Source of the DNA: Hemiscyllium ocellatum
Lineage: Eukaryota
NCBI RefSeq assembly: GCF_020745735.1
Contig: NW_026869307.1
Span: 1 to 64,000, forward strand
Length of the DNA stretch: 64,000 nt
Direction: 5' to 3'
Under the pieces are notes generated by a model that had not been told where the DNA came from, did not search any database, and was given only the letters and a program-made list of their open reading frames with translations. The position numbers were made by a program, and so were the translations under genes. Below, one piece after another: positions 34,262 through 47,410 of this stretch (position 1 is its first letter; every line of letters begins with the position of its first letter).

Positions 34262-34895
34262 TATTAAAAACTAGGTCAGGCCATTCAAGACATTCTTAAG
34301 CAGGCAGCCCCAGACCATAAATTTGCAATTTGTTCTGGTAAGCCTACTTTCAAAATTGCCTGGAGTAAGTTAGCTTGGTTGACTACTAGATTTTAAAACA
34401 GAGAAAAAGTAATTCACAAAATTACACAATGAAACACAAAGAACAGAGAAAAGGACTCATACAGAACTCAACCTATACAACTAGACTAAATTATGCTCTT
34501 CCAAATATACACAATTATCCCTTAAAAACCAGTATAAATGGAACACATGCTTACAGGTTGAGATCGTAGGGCAGAAAAGGGAGCGAAAGTTTCCACACAG
34601 CTCCCTGTAGAACTTCCAACTAGTTCAAGACTGAACTAAAACTTCTCAGGTCAGCTAGAGTGCTGACCAACCCCCCTTTCTTTATACAGGTCATTTCTAC
34701 AACGTGACCACTTTGGCCTGAAGTCTCATCTGTTTACATGTAAGCAAAAGGCCTCTCAAAATCCTTTTAATATCTGCACCGAACCAAACTGATCAGAGCC
34801 CAGCCCAGTTTATTGCCCCTCTGAAAAATATCAAAGTCAGAGTCTCCTTGAGCCAAAGAACGACTTTTGTGGAAACATTAACTAGCTTCGTGACA
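34262..34895 (-). repeat. 5' LTR, followed on the minus strand by a decayed PBS tggtgggctc
   Basis: Homologous to 28931-29559; ends ...cgtgaca on plus. Confidence 0.85.
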
Positions 34896-35868
34896 TTGTA
34901 ATGCATGTTAATAGCAATTGGAGCATGTTTTCTAATGCATAACGAAATACAATGCACCAGCATCCATTACTATCTTCCATCTTCCCAATATATCTAGAGT
35001 CTCAGCTGCTCCGATTTCTTCATCACGTTTATTTCTGCACATTGTTCTGTTGTTTGGGTTTTGATGCTTTCTTGGAATCAGTTATTTGCAGAGCAACATT
35101 AACCAGCTTTTTATCTTCTCTTCCTTCATTGTTCTGTGAAAGTAAAATTAAATATCGCCCGGTAGTCCATCGGTGACTCATCCACAGAGACAGTCGAGGT
35201 TTTAGTAAAAAGGCTTCAGTGGAATTTCGACTCATCAGTTACCAACTTGAGGTTGTAAGTGGGTTTAGTATTACTTTCTATCTGCCTTATCTCTTCATGA
35301 TATAGCCCTGCCATAAATAATCTTGTTATTCTGGTTTCAATGTCTTGCAAAATGAGTTAGGATTTAAGGGAACCGGTTAGTACTTCAACTAAAGTTGCAA
35401 AGACATTAAACGCTGGTGTGCTAAAAGTATTTGCAATGCTCACATTGCAATACATTCCTTTCAAGTTCCATTTGCTGAGCTGTGACGGCCAATAAAATCT
35501 ATTCATCCAATGGAGAGGACTCAAGTCACACTTTGCAAATCCCTTTACTACACCGCTTCTGATTTTCCAGACCATGGGACACATGGTGAATATGGCGTAC
35601 TTTGGCTAAAATGTTCGGACCCAGTACAGCGAAGATGTTAAACATAGAACATAGAACATAGAAAGATATAGCGCAGTACAGGCCATTTGGCCCTCGATGT
35701 TGCGCCGACCAAAGCCCACCGAACCTACATTAGCCCACTATCCTCCATTTGCCTGTCCAATGCACGTTTAAATGCCCATAAAGAGTGAGAGTCGACCACT
35801 GCTACTGGCAGGGCATTCCATGAACTCACGACTCGCTGAGTAAAGAATCTACCCCTAACATCTGTCCT

Positions 35869-36915
35869 CTACCTACCTCCCCTTAATTTAAAGCTATGCC
35901 CCCTCGTAATAGCTGACTCCATATGTGGAAAAAGGTTCTCATTGTCAACCCTATCTAAACCCCTAATCATCTTGTACACCTCTATCAAGTCACCCCTAAA
36001 CCTTCTTTCCTCCAATGAAAACAGCCCCAAGTGCCTCAGCCTTTCCTCATACGATCTTCCTACCATACCAGACAACATCCTGGTAAACCTGCTCTGCACC
36101 CGATTCAGTACCTCCACATCCTTCCTATGGTATGGCGACCAAAACTGCACACAATACTCCAGATGCGGCCTCACCAGAGTCTTATACAACTGCAACATGA
36201 CCTCAGGACTCCGGAACTCAATTCCTCTACCAATAAAAGCCAGTATGCCATATTCCTTCTTCACAGCACTATTTGTCAGGGTGGCAACTTTCAGAGGTCT
36301 GTGTACATGGACACCAAGATCCCTCTGCTCATCCAGACTACCAAGTATCCGACCATTAGCCCAGTACTCCATCTTCTTGTTACTCTTACCAAAGTGAATC
36401 ACTTCACACTTCCCTACATTGAACTCCATTTGCCACCTTTCTGCCCAGCTCTGCAGCTTATCTATATCCCGCTGTAACCTGCCACATCCTTCCTCACTGT
36501 CAACAACTCCACTGACTTTCGTAACATCCGCAAACCTGCTCACCCAACCTTCTAGCCCCTCCTCCAGGTCATTTATAAAAATGACAAACAGCAATGGTCC
36601 CAAGACAGATCCTTGCGGAACACTGCTAGTAACTGCATTCCAAGATGAACCTTTACCATTAACTACTACCCTCTGTCTTCTTCCAGCCAGCCAATTCCTA
36701 ATCCAAACCTCTAAAGCATCCTCAATGCCATACCTCCATATTTTCTGCAGTAGCCTATCATGGGGAACCTTATCAAACACCTCACTACAATCCATATACA
36801 CCACATCTACCGCTTTACCCTCGTGCACCTCCTTAGTCACCTTCTTAAAGAATTCAATAGGGTTTGTGAGGCACGACCTGCCCTTCACAAAACCATGCTG
36901 ACTATCCTTGATCAC
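35869..36915 (-). pseudogene. CR1 ORF2 reverse transcriptase fragment
   Basis: QHGFVKGRSCLTN, SSVPQGSVLGPLLFVIFINDL; the expected FADD reads FADV; neighbouring frames are broken. Confidence 0.9.
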
Positions 36916-37982
36916 ATTATTCCTATCCAGATGTTCATAAATCCTATCCTTACAATTCTCTCTAAGACTTTGCCCACAACAGAAGTGAGACTCACTGACC
37001 TATAGTTACTAGGGTTATCCTTACTCCCCTTCTTGAACAAGGGAACCACATTTGCTATTCTCCATTCTTCTGGCACTATTCCTATAGACAACGAGGACAT
37101 AAAAAATCAAGGCCAATGGCTCTGCAATTTCCTCCCTTGCTTCCCAGACAATCCTAGGATAAATGCCATCAGGCCCAGGGGACTAATCTATATTCACCCT
37201 TTCCAGAATTTTCGACACCTCTTCCCTACATACCTCAAAGCCATCCATTCTAATTAATTGTGACTCAATATTCACATCGACAACAATGTCCTGTTCCTGA
37301 GTGAATACCGACAAGAAGAATTCAGTCAGTGTCTCTCCAATCTCTTCAGCCTCCACGCACAACTTTCCACTACTATCCTTGACTGGACCTATTCCTACCC
37401 TAGTCATTCTTTTATTCCTGACATACGTATAGAAAGCCTTTGTATTTTCCCTAATCCTACCAACCAAGGACTTTTCATGTCCCCTCCTTGCTGCTCTTAG
37501 CTCTCTCCTTAGATCCTTCCTGGCTACCTTATAACTCTCAATCGCCCCAATTGAACCTTCACGCCTCATCTTTACATAGGGCACTCTCTTCCCTTTAACA
37601 AGGGATTCCAATTCCTTATTAAATCATGGTTCCCTCACACGACCCTTTCATCCCTGCCTGACAGGTACACACTTATCAATGACACGCAATAGCTGCTCCT
37701 TGAATAAGCTCCATATATCGATTGTGCCCTTCCCTTGAAGCCTATTTTTCCAAGCCACACATCCTAAGTCATGCCTCACCGCATCATAATTTCCCTGCCC
37801 CCACCTATAACTCTTACCCTGCAGTGCACACTTATCCCTCTCCATCACTAGAGTAAAAGTCACTGCATTGTGGTCACTGTCCCCAGAGTACTCACCTACC
37901 TCCAATTCTAACATCTGGCTGGTTCGTTGCCCAGAACCAAATCCGTATGGCCTCACCTCTTGTTGGCCTGTCTACATATTGT

Positions 37983-38191
37983 AGAGTAAAAAGTGAGGTC
38001 TGCAGATGCTGGAGATCAGAGCTGAAAATGTGCTGCTAGTTAAAGCACAGCAGGTTAGGCAGCATCCAAGGAACAGGAAATTCGACCTTTCGGGCCAGAG
38101 CCCTTCATCAGGCTCTGGCCCGAAACGTCGAATTCCCTGTTCCTTGGATGCTGCCTAACCTGCTGTGCTTTAACCAGCAATACATTTTCAG
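37983..38191. mobile_element. Foldback Penelope-type mini-element, family 1; 15-bp TSD ctgtctacatattgt
   Basis: TSD at 37968-37982 and 38192-38206; inverted arms; hammerhead-like core on minus 38080-38111. Confidence 0.9.
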
Positions 38192-39239
38192 CTGTCTACA
38201 TATTGTGTCAGGAAACCCTCCTGCACATATTGGACAAACACCGACCCATCTAACGTACTCGAGCTATAGCTTTCCCAGTCAATATCGGGAAAGTTAAAGC
38301 CCCCATAACAACCACCCTATTACTCTCACTCTTCTCCTGAATCATCCTAGTAATCCTTTCTTCCACGTCTCTAGGACAATTAGGAGACCTCTCCTGCGCG
38401 CCTTTACTGGGAAAACCTACCCAGGGAAGCTTGCGCTACACCAGCTTCCGGTCCGCTCCGCGCTTTAAAAAAAACCTTTTAAATTTAAACCGAAAAACTT
38501 AACCGCGACTACAAAGAGATACCGCCAAACAGCCCTCACCTGCTCCGCCGAGAGAGTGACCTGGACCGTCAGATCTCTACAGTTTAGTGTAGGACCAAAT
38601 GTCATTGAAGTTATTACAGTAAGTGATAAAGTTGTATGTGATCATAGACAGTACCCTCTTTTGCCTGCCCGGATTTCTTATTTTTGCTGGTGCTGGATTC
38701 GACAGGGCAGGCATAAAACAGATTGATCTCAGATTGGCTATAAAATCGATACTTACCACTTTCACCAGGTGAATTTCTTTTGTTATTGTTCAGGACCATG
38801 ATTATTGCTGCTAATTCAGAAAAGGAAACATTGATAATTTTGATTGTATTCCAGCCTGAAACTGATGTTAAAAGTCTATGCTTGTTTGATATTTGCCTTG
38901 ATTTCTATTTCCGACGAAATCGGCAGGAGAGATGTCAATTCCCAAACGCTGCCTTTATTTTGACTATTTTTGCCATGGCAAAAGGATGCTTGTGACAATT
39001 TCATGTTTTGCTGCCCAATGCTAATTAGGTTAAACTGATTGTCTTTCCAGGCCATTTCAAAGACTCGTTAAATATCAACCCTATGACTGAGAGTTATGTC
39101 GGCTAGGGAAGTAAGAAACGTCAATTTCTGCAGCTCCCGATGCTGCGTGGCTTGCTATGTTCTTCCAGCCTGCTGCCTATCTATTAAGTACATAAAAAAC
39201 AACCGCAGATTTCCTTCCCGAAATGACATTACCAACATG

Positions 39240-40605
39240 CAAGCAAGGAATAAGAGTAAGCCACTCGGCCTTTCAAGCCTGCGCCATCATTCGATGAGGT
39301 CATTGACTGATCTGGCCGGTGAATCAACTCTACATTCCTGCATAAACCCGATCATCTTTCATCCGCTTGGTAGTTGAGAATTGACTACCCCTGCCTTAAA
39401 AATATTCAATGCTTGTGCATCTACTGCCTTTTTAAGAAGCGAAATCCAAAGACTCATAATCCTATGACAGAAACAAAAATACTCACCTCTGTTTTAAATA
39501 GGCGATCCCTTATTTTCAAACTATGACCTCTAGTTTTAGATTATAGCACAAAGAGAAAGAATCTTTCAACATCCATCTGGTCAAATCTGTTAGGATCTTA
39601 CATGTTTCAACTGAGTCACCCCGACTCTTGTAAACACTAAAGGATACCTATGCTATAAACTATCAAGATGAAGAGAGAAACGAAAAATTAGGTGAAGCAA
39701 AAGAATAATGGGGAACCAGAAAATCGTGGAGGAGTTGAATGAATATTTTGCATCAGTCTTCACGGTAGAAGACACTAATTGCATTCCGAATTACAAAATA
39801 TTCAAGGGGAAAAGGAGGAGATGAAAGAAGTATAATAAATATCACTGGAGAAAAAATGTCGGGGAAACAAATGGGACTGAAGCCAAATAGGTGGAAAGAT
39901 AAAGGAGAAGCAGTGCATGTAATATATTTGGAATTTCAGAAAGCATTTTCTAAGGTACCACACACTAGATTACTTTATCAGATAAAAACCCATGGTGTTG
40001 GGATAGTACCTGAACATGGATAGAGGATTGTCTAAGTAATAGAAGTTTGAGAGTTGGGATGGAGGGAGGGCATTTTCAGAACAGAAACCTGGAACTCATG
40101 GAATTCCGCAGTGATTACTATTAGGGCCACAACCTTTCCAAATATATATATACATAATTAAAGACTTGTATGCAGAAAATAAATGCACAATGGCCAGATT
40201 TGTGGATTACATTTCTGGGATGCTGAGTGATGTGGATGACACAAAAAGTTTGCAGAGGGACATAGCCAGGTTGTGTGAATGCACCAAAATTTGGCAGATG
40301 GAGAATAATATCGGAGAATGTGATGTGATGGATTTTGGCAGGAATAATAGACGAGCTGACTATTATTTAAGCACAGAAAGACTGCAGAAAGCTGCGGAGT
40401 GGAGGGACTTGGGAGTCTTCATGCATGAATCATAAAAGGTTAGCACAGAATTTAAGCAGATAATAGAGATGGCATATGGCCTCTTGGCCTTTATTTCAAA
40501 GAGAGTGGAATATAAAAGTCCGGCTGTTTGGCCAATACTATACCGGCACTAATTGGACCATAGTTGAAATACTGTGACCACGATTCTTACCCCTATTTCA
40601 AATAA
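39240..40605. mobile_element. Back-to-back CR1 fragments, paralogous to 2400-4000
   Basis: Same orientation switch and junction (gaagagagaaa...aaaatt) as at about 2830. Confidence 0.8.
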
Positions 40606-40789
40606 GATAAAATAGACGGTTATTTGCTGTTAACGAGGGCAGTATTTGGAATGGTTGCCAGGTTGGAACAAAACTATTAAACGCGGGACTAATACATGAG
40701 ATATCACGTGACTAATGCGGCGTATTGTATGTGGTTGTATTTCCCTGTGTGATTGTGTTAGTCTGACGTCCCCTCTGGTGACGTCCCAC

Positions 40790-40950
40790 AATCCAAAAAT
40801 GTGCAAATTAGGTGAATTGGAAATGCAAAATTGCCCGTACTGTTAGGTGAAGGGGTAAATATAGGGGATGGGTGTGGGTGGATTGCGCTTCAGCGGGTCG
40901 GTGTGGACTTGTTGGGCCGAAGAGTCTGTTTCCACACTGTAAGCAATCTA
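40790..40950 (+). mobile_element. HE1 SINE 3' half
   Basis: aaattgcccgta...gggccgaag...tttccacactgtaag. Confidence 0.8.
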
Positions 40951-41029
40951 AGGTTCCCTGCTGAAACGTTTCCATCTGAATATGAATGTAGAACATTCAC
41001 AGTGCAGGTTCTCGATGTTGTGCTGGTCT

Positions 41030-43620
41030 TTTACCCTCCTCTAAGATTAGACTAGCCTACATACCCTTCATTGTACTATCTCCTGTGTGCCTAGCCAAGA
41101 GTCACTTAAATGTCCCTAATGTATCTGACTGCAGGCAGTGCTTTTCATGCACTCTCTGACATCTCCCCAAACCTTCCTTCAATGCCCTTTAAACTATGCC
41201 ATCGGGAAACAAGTCTCTGGCTATCCACTCTAACTATGCCTCTCAATGTCTTGTACACCTCTATCAAGTCCCCTCTCATTATTTTTCACTCCAATGAGAA
41301 AAGCTTGAGCTCCCTCAAACTTTCTTCATAAGACACACCATCCAATCCAAGCAACATCTTGATAAATCTCCTATGCACCCACTCTAAAGCTTCGACATCT
41401 TTCCTATAATGAGCGACCAGAACGGAACACAAAATTCCAAGTGTGGTCTAACCAGGGCTCTATAGAGCTACTCTTAAACTCAATCAGCCGTTCATCAAAG
41501 CCAACACACTATACACTCTTCTTAACAACCTTATCAATTTTGGTGGGAACTTGGAGGGATCTATGAACATGGACTTCAAGATCCCTCTCTTCCTTCACAC
41601 TGTCCAGAATCCTTTAACCCTGTCTTCTGCATTCAAATTCGACTTCCCCAAGTGAATTATTTCACACTTTTCCAGATAGAAGTTCATCAACCACTTATCA
41701 GCCCAGTCTGCATTCTGTCACTATCCCATTGCAGATTCCAACAGCCCTCCACACTACCCACCTTTGTGTCATCGGCCAATTTACAAACCAACTCTTCCAC
41801 TTCCACATCATCTATAAGCATCACGAAGACCAGATATCCTAGAACCAATCGCTGAAGAACACCACTGATCACTGAGCTCCATGTTGAATACTTTCCATCT
41901 ACTACCAGTCTCTGCCTTCTATTGGCCATCCAATTCTGCATCCAGACAGCCAAATCTCCACGTATGCCACGCCTCCTTACTTTCTGAATGAATCTACCAT
42001 GGAAATCCTTACCAGATACCTTGCTAAAATCCATGTAAACCACATCCATTGTTCTTCCTTCATCAACGTGTTTTGTCACTTCCTCAAAGAATTCAATAAT
42101 GTTTGTGAGGCATGATATGTCCCTTCACAAAACCATGCTGACTATCTCTAATCAAACTGTGGTTTTCCAAGTATTCATAAATGCCATCTCTCAGAATCCT
42201 CTCCAATACTTTGCCCACCACTGATATGACTGACTGGTCAGTATTTCTCAGGAATGTCCTATTCCCTTTATTGAACAAGGGAATAACATTTGACACCGTC
42301 CAATGATTTGGCAGTACTCCAGTGGAGACTGAGGACGCAAAGATCCTCACCAAATGTGCAGCAATCTCTTTGTTTGCTTCCTGTAGTAACCTAAGGTATA
42401 TCCCATCTGCCCCCGGTGATTTGTCTATCATTATTTTTTTACAATATTCAGCATGGCTTCCTTCCTAACACAAATCTATTCCAGCATAACAGTCTGTTTC
42501 ACACCATCCTTAGAAACGTCAAGATTCATTTCAGTAGTGAACACTGAAACAAAGTATTCATTAAGGACCTCCCCTACTTCCTCTGACTCCATATAAAAGT
42601 TCCCTCCACTATCTTGATCAGCTTTACACTCATTCTGGCCATCTTCTTGTTCCTCATATAAGTGTGGAACACCTTAGGATTTTCCTTACTGTTATCCACC
42701 AATGCTTTTTCAAGCCCCTTTCTAGCTCTCCTAAGTCCATTCTTCAATTCCTTTCTGGCTACGTTGTCGTCCTCTAAAGCCCTGTCCGATCGTTGCCTGC
42801 TCAACCGTAAGCAAGCTTCCTTCTTCTTCTTGACCAGATGTTCCACATCCCTTGTCACCCAGGGTTCTTTAATCCTACCATCCCTTCCTTGTGGCAAACC
42901 TGTCCACCACTATCAGTAGTTGTTTCATGACCAACCTTCAGATTCCTGTTGTGCATTTCCCTGAGAACATCTTTTCACGGTTTAGGCCTCTTGGATCCCA
43001 TCTAATTGCATTGTTTCCCCCTTCCACCAATTAAATACTTTCCCATGCCGTCTACTCCTTGCCCTCTCCATGAGTACAGTAAAGATCAGGGAGTTGTGAT
43101 TACTATCACTGAAATGTTCTTGCACCCAGAGAGCTGTCACCTGGCATGGTTCAGTTCCAAGCATCAAATCAAAAAATGGCTTCCACTCTTGTTGACCAAT
43201 CTACACATTGCATCAGGAAACCTGCCTGTATGCACCTGACAAAAACTGCTCCATCCAAAGTAGTTGAATAAAGTAGGTTCCAAACCTTATTAGGGAAGTC
43301 AAAGCCACTCATGAAAACAACCCTTCTCCTTCTGCACTTTTCCAAAATCTGCCTCCCAATCTGTTCCTCCATTTCTCTGTTGCTACTGGGGGGCCTGTAG
43401 AAATCTCCCAATACATTGACTGCTCCTTTCCTGTTTCTGACTGCCACCCATAATGACTCTGTAGACTAACCCTCCTCGATGATGTCACTTTCTGCAGCTG
43501 TGATTATATCCCCCACCTCTTTTGTCTCCCCCAATTTCTTTTGAAATCTCTAAGCCCTGGAACATCCAACAGCTATTTCTTCTCCAGATTCATCCAAGTT
43601 TTCATAATGGCCACAACATT
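41030..43620 (-). mobile_element. CR1 LINE ORF2 (endonuclease plus RT), frameshifted
   Basis: ORFs 43169..43447 (GDFYRPP), 42093..42431, 41687..42079 (LADDTKV). Confidence 0.9.
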
Positions 43621-45659
43621 ATATTTCAAAGTACTGATCCAGCGAGGAAAAAGAAACTTGGGCAATGCTATTTAATTAATTGAAAGGAGAAAGGAAGGTT
43701 TTGTGAAAGAAAGATCAGGTTTTATCGACTTTCAGTTTGTTGCAGGTGGCGGTTTGCTGAATGGAATTATTTGACCTGAATTAGTAGATGAAACGCATTC
43801 AGGAATCTGTCGTCAGTGGAGTTGCATGGACATTTGTTCGTCTGCTGGAAGGGCTGGGCTGGAATTCATTACTACTGTAAAATTCAAAAGCCTCTTAGTG
43901 TTTTAACAATCTGTTCAGTGACCGAATCTTCTGACAGAAAATAGTTTATCTTAAGTATTTTATGAAATCAAAACGTCTATGGTAGCTTATGCCATCAAAA
44001 CTTTTCATCATCTTGAAAATCGCTAACCTACTCGATGAAGGAGAACAATACCACTTGTTGTACATCACTGACGTTTCTCAGCTCTAACAACATTCCAATA
44101 AATGTTTTGGCATCTTTCAGGGTTGGACATAATACTCCAGGCTGAGGCTAGTTCATGTTTAGTATAACTCACTTGCCTTATTTTTTATGTCCCAATTGTC
44201 CTCTCACCTTGTAAATATTGTGAACACATCACAGACCTTTACTTTCAATTAAATGACTCTTCTCTTGGCAATCACTAAAATGTGAATCATTCCTTCTGCT
44301 TGCTTTGCAAAAACAGCATTATGGGCATTAGGGGCAAGGCAGGATTGTTGTCCATCCCTAATTATCTTTGAGAGAATCCTCATTATTGATGTTTATGTGG
44401 ATTAGGAAGGTCTAGCAGTCTTGTGATTTTTCTAATCAACGTATTTAGAGATGTTATAATATATGCCTGGAGCCTGTGTGATTTGGACTCGGGTCTGTTG
44501 GCTCAGACGTAGGGACACATTCATCGCACGACAGGAACCCTTGAAATGGCAGGTGATGGCTGGAAATTCATGGCTACCCAACATTTTAACTAATTTGGGG
44601 CAGAGGTCTGGAAATTATACTGAGAATTGGTCCTTTATAAACACTAACCAAAGCTGCGAGGTATTTAGTATTGCAATAGAGGTAAAATTCCTCTTGCCTT
44701 CAACTTGATCTTTTCCTCTGATGTTCAATTGGCAATTTGGTTGTTGAATAATTGTTTCCCGTCATTAAAACCCATTAACTGACCGATTTTCACACTTAAT
44801 CATGACACTGTTATCCCTGTGTGGCGTTGCAGTAAAGATATGTTGAAGAAGTTACAGACAGGTACCACTGGAGCAGAGATCAATCTTTGCACACAGGCGT
44901 AAATGAGTGTGCCAATTGTTTGTTGCGCTTCCCGCAATTACATCAAACTATTATACATTAATGCTTTCCAGAGATTTCAGATTCGACAGTTTTTTTTCTA
45001 TGCTAAATACTGTTTCCAAATGGAAGAACTGAGGACTGAAACGTTTTTAATATCATTATTAAGTTTTATTGGTATCATTGTATGACTGATCAGATCAGAA
45101 ATTAGCTCATTGAATAGTGGATTAGACTTGAGCGGCTGAATGGCTTCGTCTTATCTTGTCAGTCGAATGGAAACAGCATAGAAAGAGAGTAGGCCGTTCA
45201 TTAAATGTTGTGGGCTCTCCAGCTGCACAGCCAGCTACTCACGCTTATGTTTTTATCTCTACCCTGAAATAATTATAAAATTCCCATTGGAATGCCGCAA
45301 ATGCAACTGTCTCCAATGCACTCTCAGACAGTGTACTCCAGATCCTAACCAAACGTAAGATGCCACTGATTGGATACATCACTCTAGTGTTTCTGTCTAT
45401 TAAAATTTATTTGTAATGCCCATGATCCTTTAGGCCATTCAACAATTGACTCAACGGACAGTGCATCTTTAATGATTTTGCGTATGATTACGCCCCTTTT
45501 AGAATTCTGTACTTTCTTTACTTTTTCATTGTATTGGTTTTTTTTTCAAGCCAAAATACATTGCTTGACATTTATCTACGTAAGGGAATACAGTAGCGAT
45601 TGATATTGTCACTGCATTCTTAACCCAGAGAACTGGATTAATATCAAATATAGAAAATT

Positions 45660-47410
45660 CCAAGTATGACTTTTGCGGAGCCATTTAGACAGCCAAGGAC
45701 CAATACCGATCCAAACTAGAGACCAAGACAGGCATCCGGCGACTTTGGCAAGGACTGAATGACATCACAGGTTCTAAAAAGAGACAGTGCAAGATATCAG
45801 ACTATGACACATTCCTTCTAGGTCGTCTCAACGCCTTCTATGCTCGCTTTCAACAGAATTTTGGTGGAGAGGTAACACGTATTCCGACAGGTCCTGACGA
45901 ACCTATCCCAACAGTCACTGCATCAGGGGGCAGATCAGTTTGCCTTCATGTTAATCCAAGGAAAGCGATGGGACCAGACGGAGTATCAGGCCGTGCGCTC
46001 AGAGCATGCATAGATCTTCTAGGACATCTTCAACCTCTGCCTGTTTCAAGAGGGCCAATATCATCTCTGTGTCTAAGAAGGCTCATGCAGCATATCTCAG
46101 TGACTATCGTCCAGTGGCCCTAACTTCGGTGGTCATGAAGTGCTTTGAAAGGCCGGTCATGTCATTAATCAACTCCAGCCTCCCCACTATCCGTGACCCA
46201 CTCCAATTGACGAACAGATTCACTTCAGATGCAATATCATTTGCTCTTCACTCTTCCCTAGAACATATTGACACCAAGAACAGCTGCGTAATAATCCTAA
46301 TCATTGACTACAGTTCAGCCTTCAACACTATTATCCCTTGAAGACTGTTTATTAAGCTAAGTAATCTCGGAAGAAGCCCCACTCTCTGCAAAAGGATCCT
46401 CAGGTTCCTTACCCAGAGGCCACAATCAGTGAAGATTGGGGACAATATTTCATCCTCACTAATACTCAACACTGGAGCTCCTCAGTGGTGGTACTCACCC
46501 CCCTACTGTATTCACTGTGTACCCATGACTGCATCGCCAAGTACCCGGCTAATACCATTTACAAGTTCACTGATGACATCACAATAGTCAGTCGAATCTC
46601 AGATGGCGACGAAGCACACGGGAGGTGGAAGTCCTGGAGAAATGGTGTACTGAGAACAACCTAGCTCTCAATGCCTGCAAAACCGAGGAACTCATTATTG
46701 ACTTTCAGCGGGATGTTGCTCATGCCCTCTACACATTAACAGCACAGAGGTGGAATGAGTTGAGAGTGTCAAGCTTCTGACAGTGGTTATCCACAACAAG
46801 CTTTCATCGACTCTTCATTTGGGCACTGGTTACAGAGGCCCAACAACGTATTTTCTTCCTCAGGCAGCTGTGGAAATTTGGCATGATGGCGAATACCCTG
46901 ACAGCAGTTTTATTGGTGCGTTATTGAGAGCATCCTTTCTGGATAAATCACCACCTGGTATGGCAACTGTACCATTCAAGATCGGAGACGGTTACAGAGA
47001 GTGGTGAATTCATCCCGGACAATCACAAAAGCCAACCTCCCATCCATAGAATCCATCTACCAGGCCCGCTGTCAAAGAAAGGCTGCCAGCATTCTCAAAG
47101 ACCCATTCCACCCTGGCAATGTTTTTCGACAACTTCTACCATCGAGAAGGTACAGTCATCTGAACACGCACCAGCTGGTTTTGTACCAGTTTCTACGCTA
47201 CAGTTGTTAGAATACTGAATGGACTCACAAACTCTTAACACTCGCTTGTACCTGTGTTTTTGTTTTTGCCGCTGTTTATCTATTATTTACTATCTGCGTT
47301 GCTTAACTATGTGATCTGCCTGTATTGCTCGCGAGACAAAACTTTTCACTGTGCTTTGGTACACGTGATAATAGATTCAATTCAATTCAATTCAATTCAA
47401 TTCAATTCAA
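45660..47410 (+). mobile_element. Rex1/Babar-clade non-LTR retrotransposon, 5' truncated, (ATTCA)n tail at 47375-47410
   Basis: DYRPVALTSVVMKCFER, DPLQ, IDYSSAFNTIIP are Rex/Babar-type RT motifs. Confidence 0.85.

Larger units (their letters stand above)
28931..34895 (-). mobile_element. Gmr1-like Ty3/Gypsy LTR retrotransposon, decayed (gag-PR-INT-RT-RH)
   Basis: Two LTRs of about 630 bp, PPT and PBS; integrase motifs SDQGSN, AYHP, FSPFELILGHEVRG lie upstream of the RT start (PIKQHPY) and RNase H (TDHNPL); 4-bp TSD ctgt/ttgt. Confidence 0.9.
35642..38558 (-). mobile_element. CR1/HER1-like LINE with near-complete ORF2 and a GC-rich 5' remnant
   Basis: 348-aa RT ORF 35869..36915 (VPQGSVLGPLLF, FADVTK), endonuclease remnants, (ctatgtt)n tail; empty site readable at about 1975-1985. 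Confidence 0.92.
27722..39000 (-). mobile_element. Degenerate L2 LINE (duplication block 2) split by LTR and CR1 insertions
   Basis: Pieces 27722-28930, 34896-35641 and 38560-38960 rejoin to match 1-2350. Confidence 0.7.

Noticed and set aside
35641-35663. Short tandem repeats (aacatag)n, also (attca)n at 47375 and (taatc)n at 25880
   Set aside because: LINE/SINE 3' tails, not CRISPR or independent arrays
35942-37005. Long plus-strand ORFs (148-160 aa)
   Set aside because: Antisense shadows of the CR1 RT ORF
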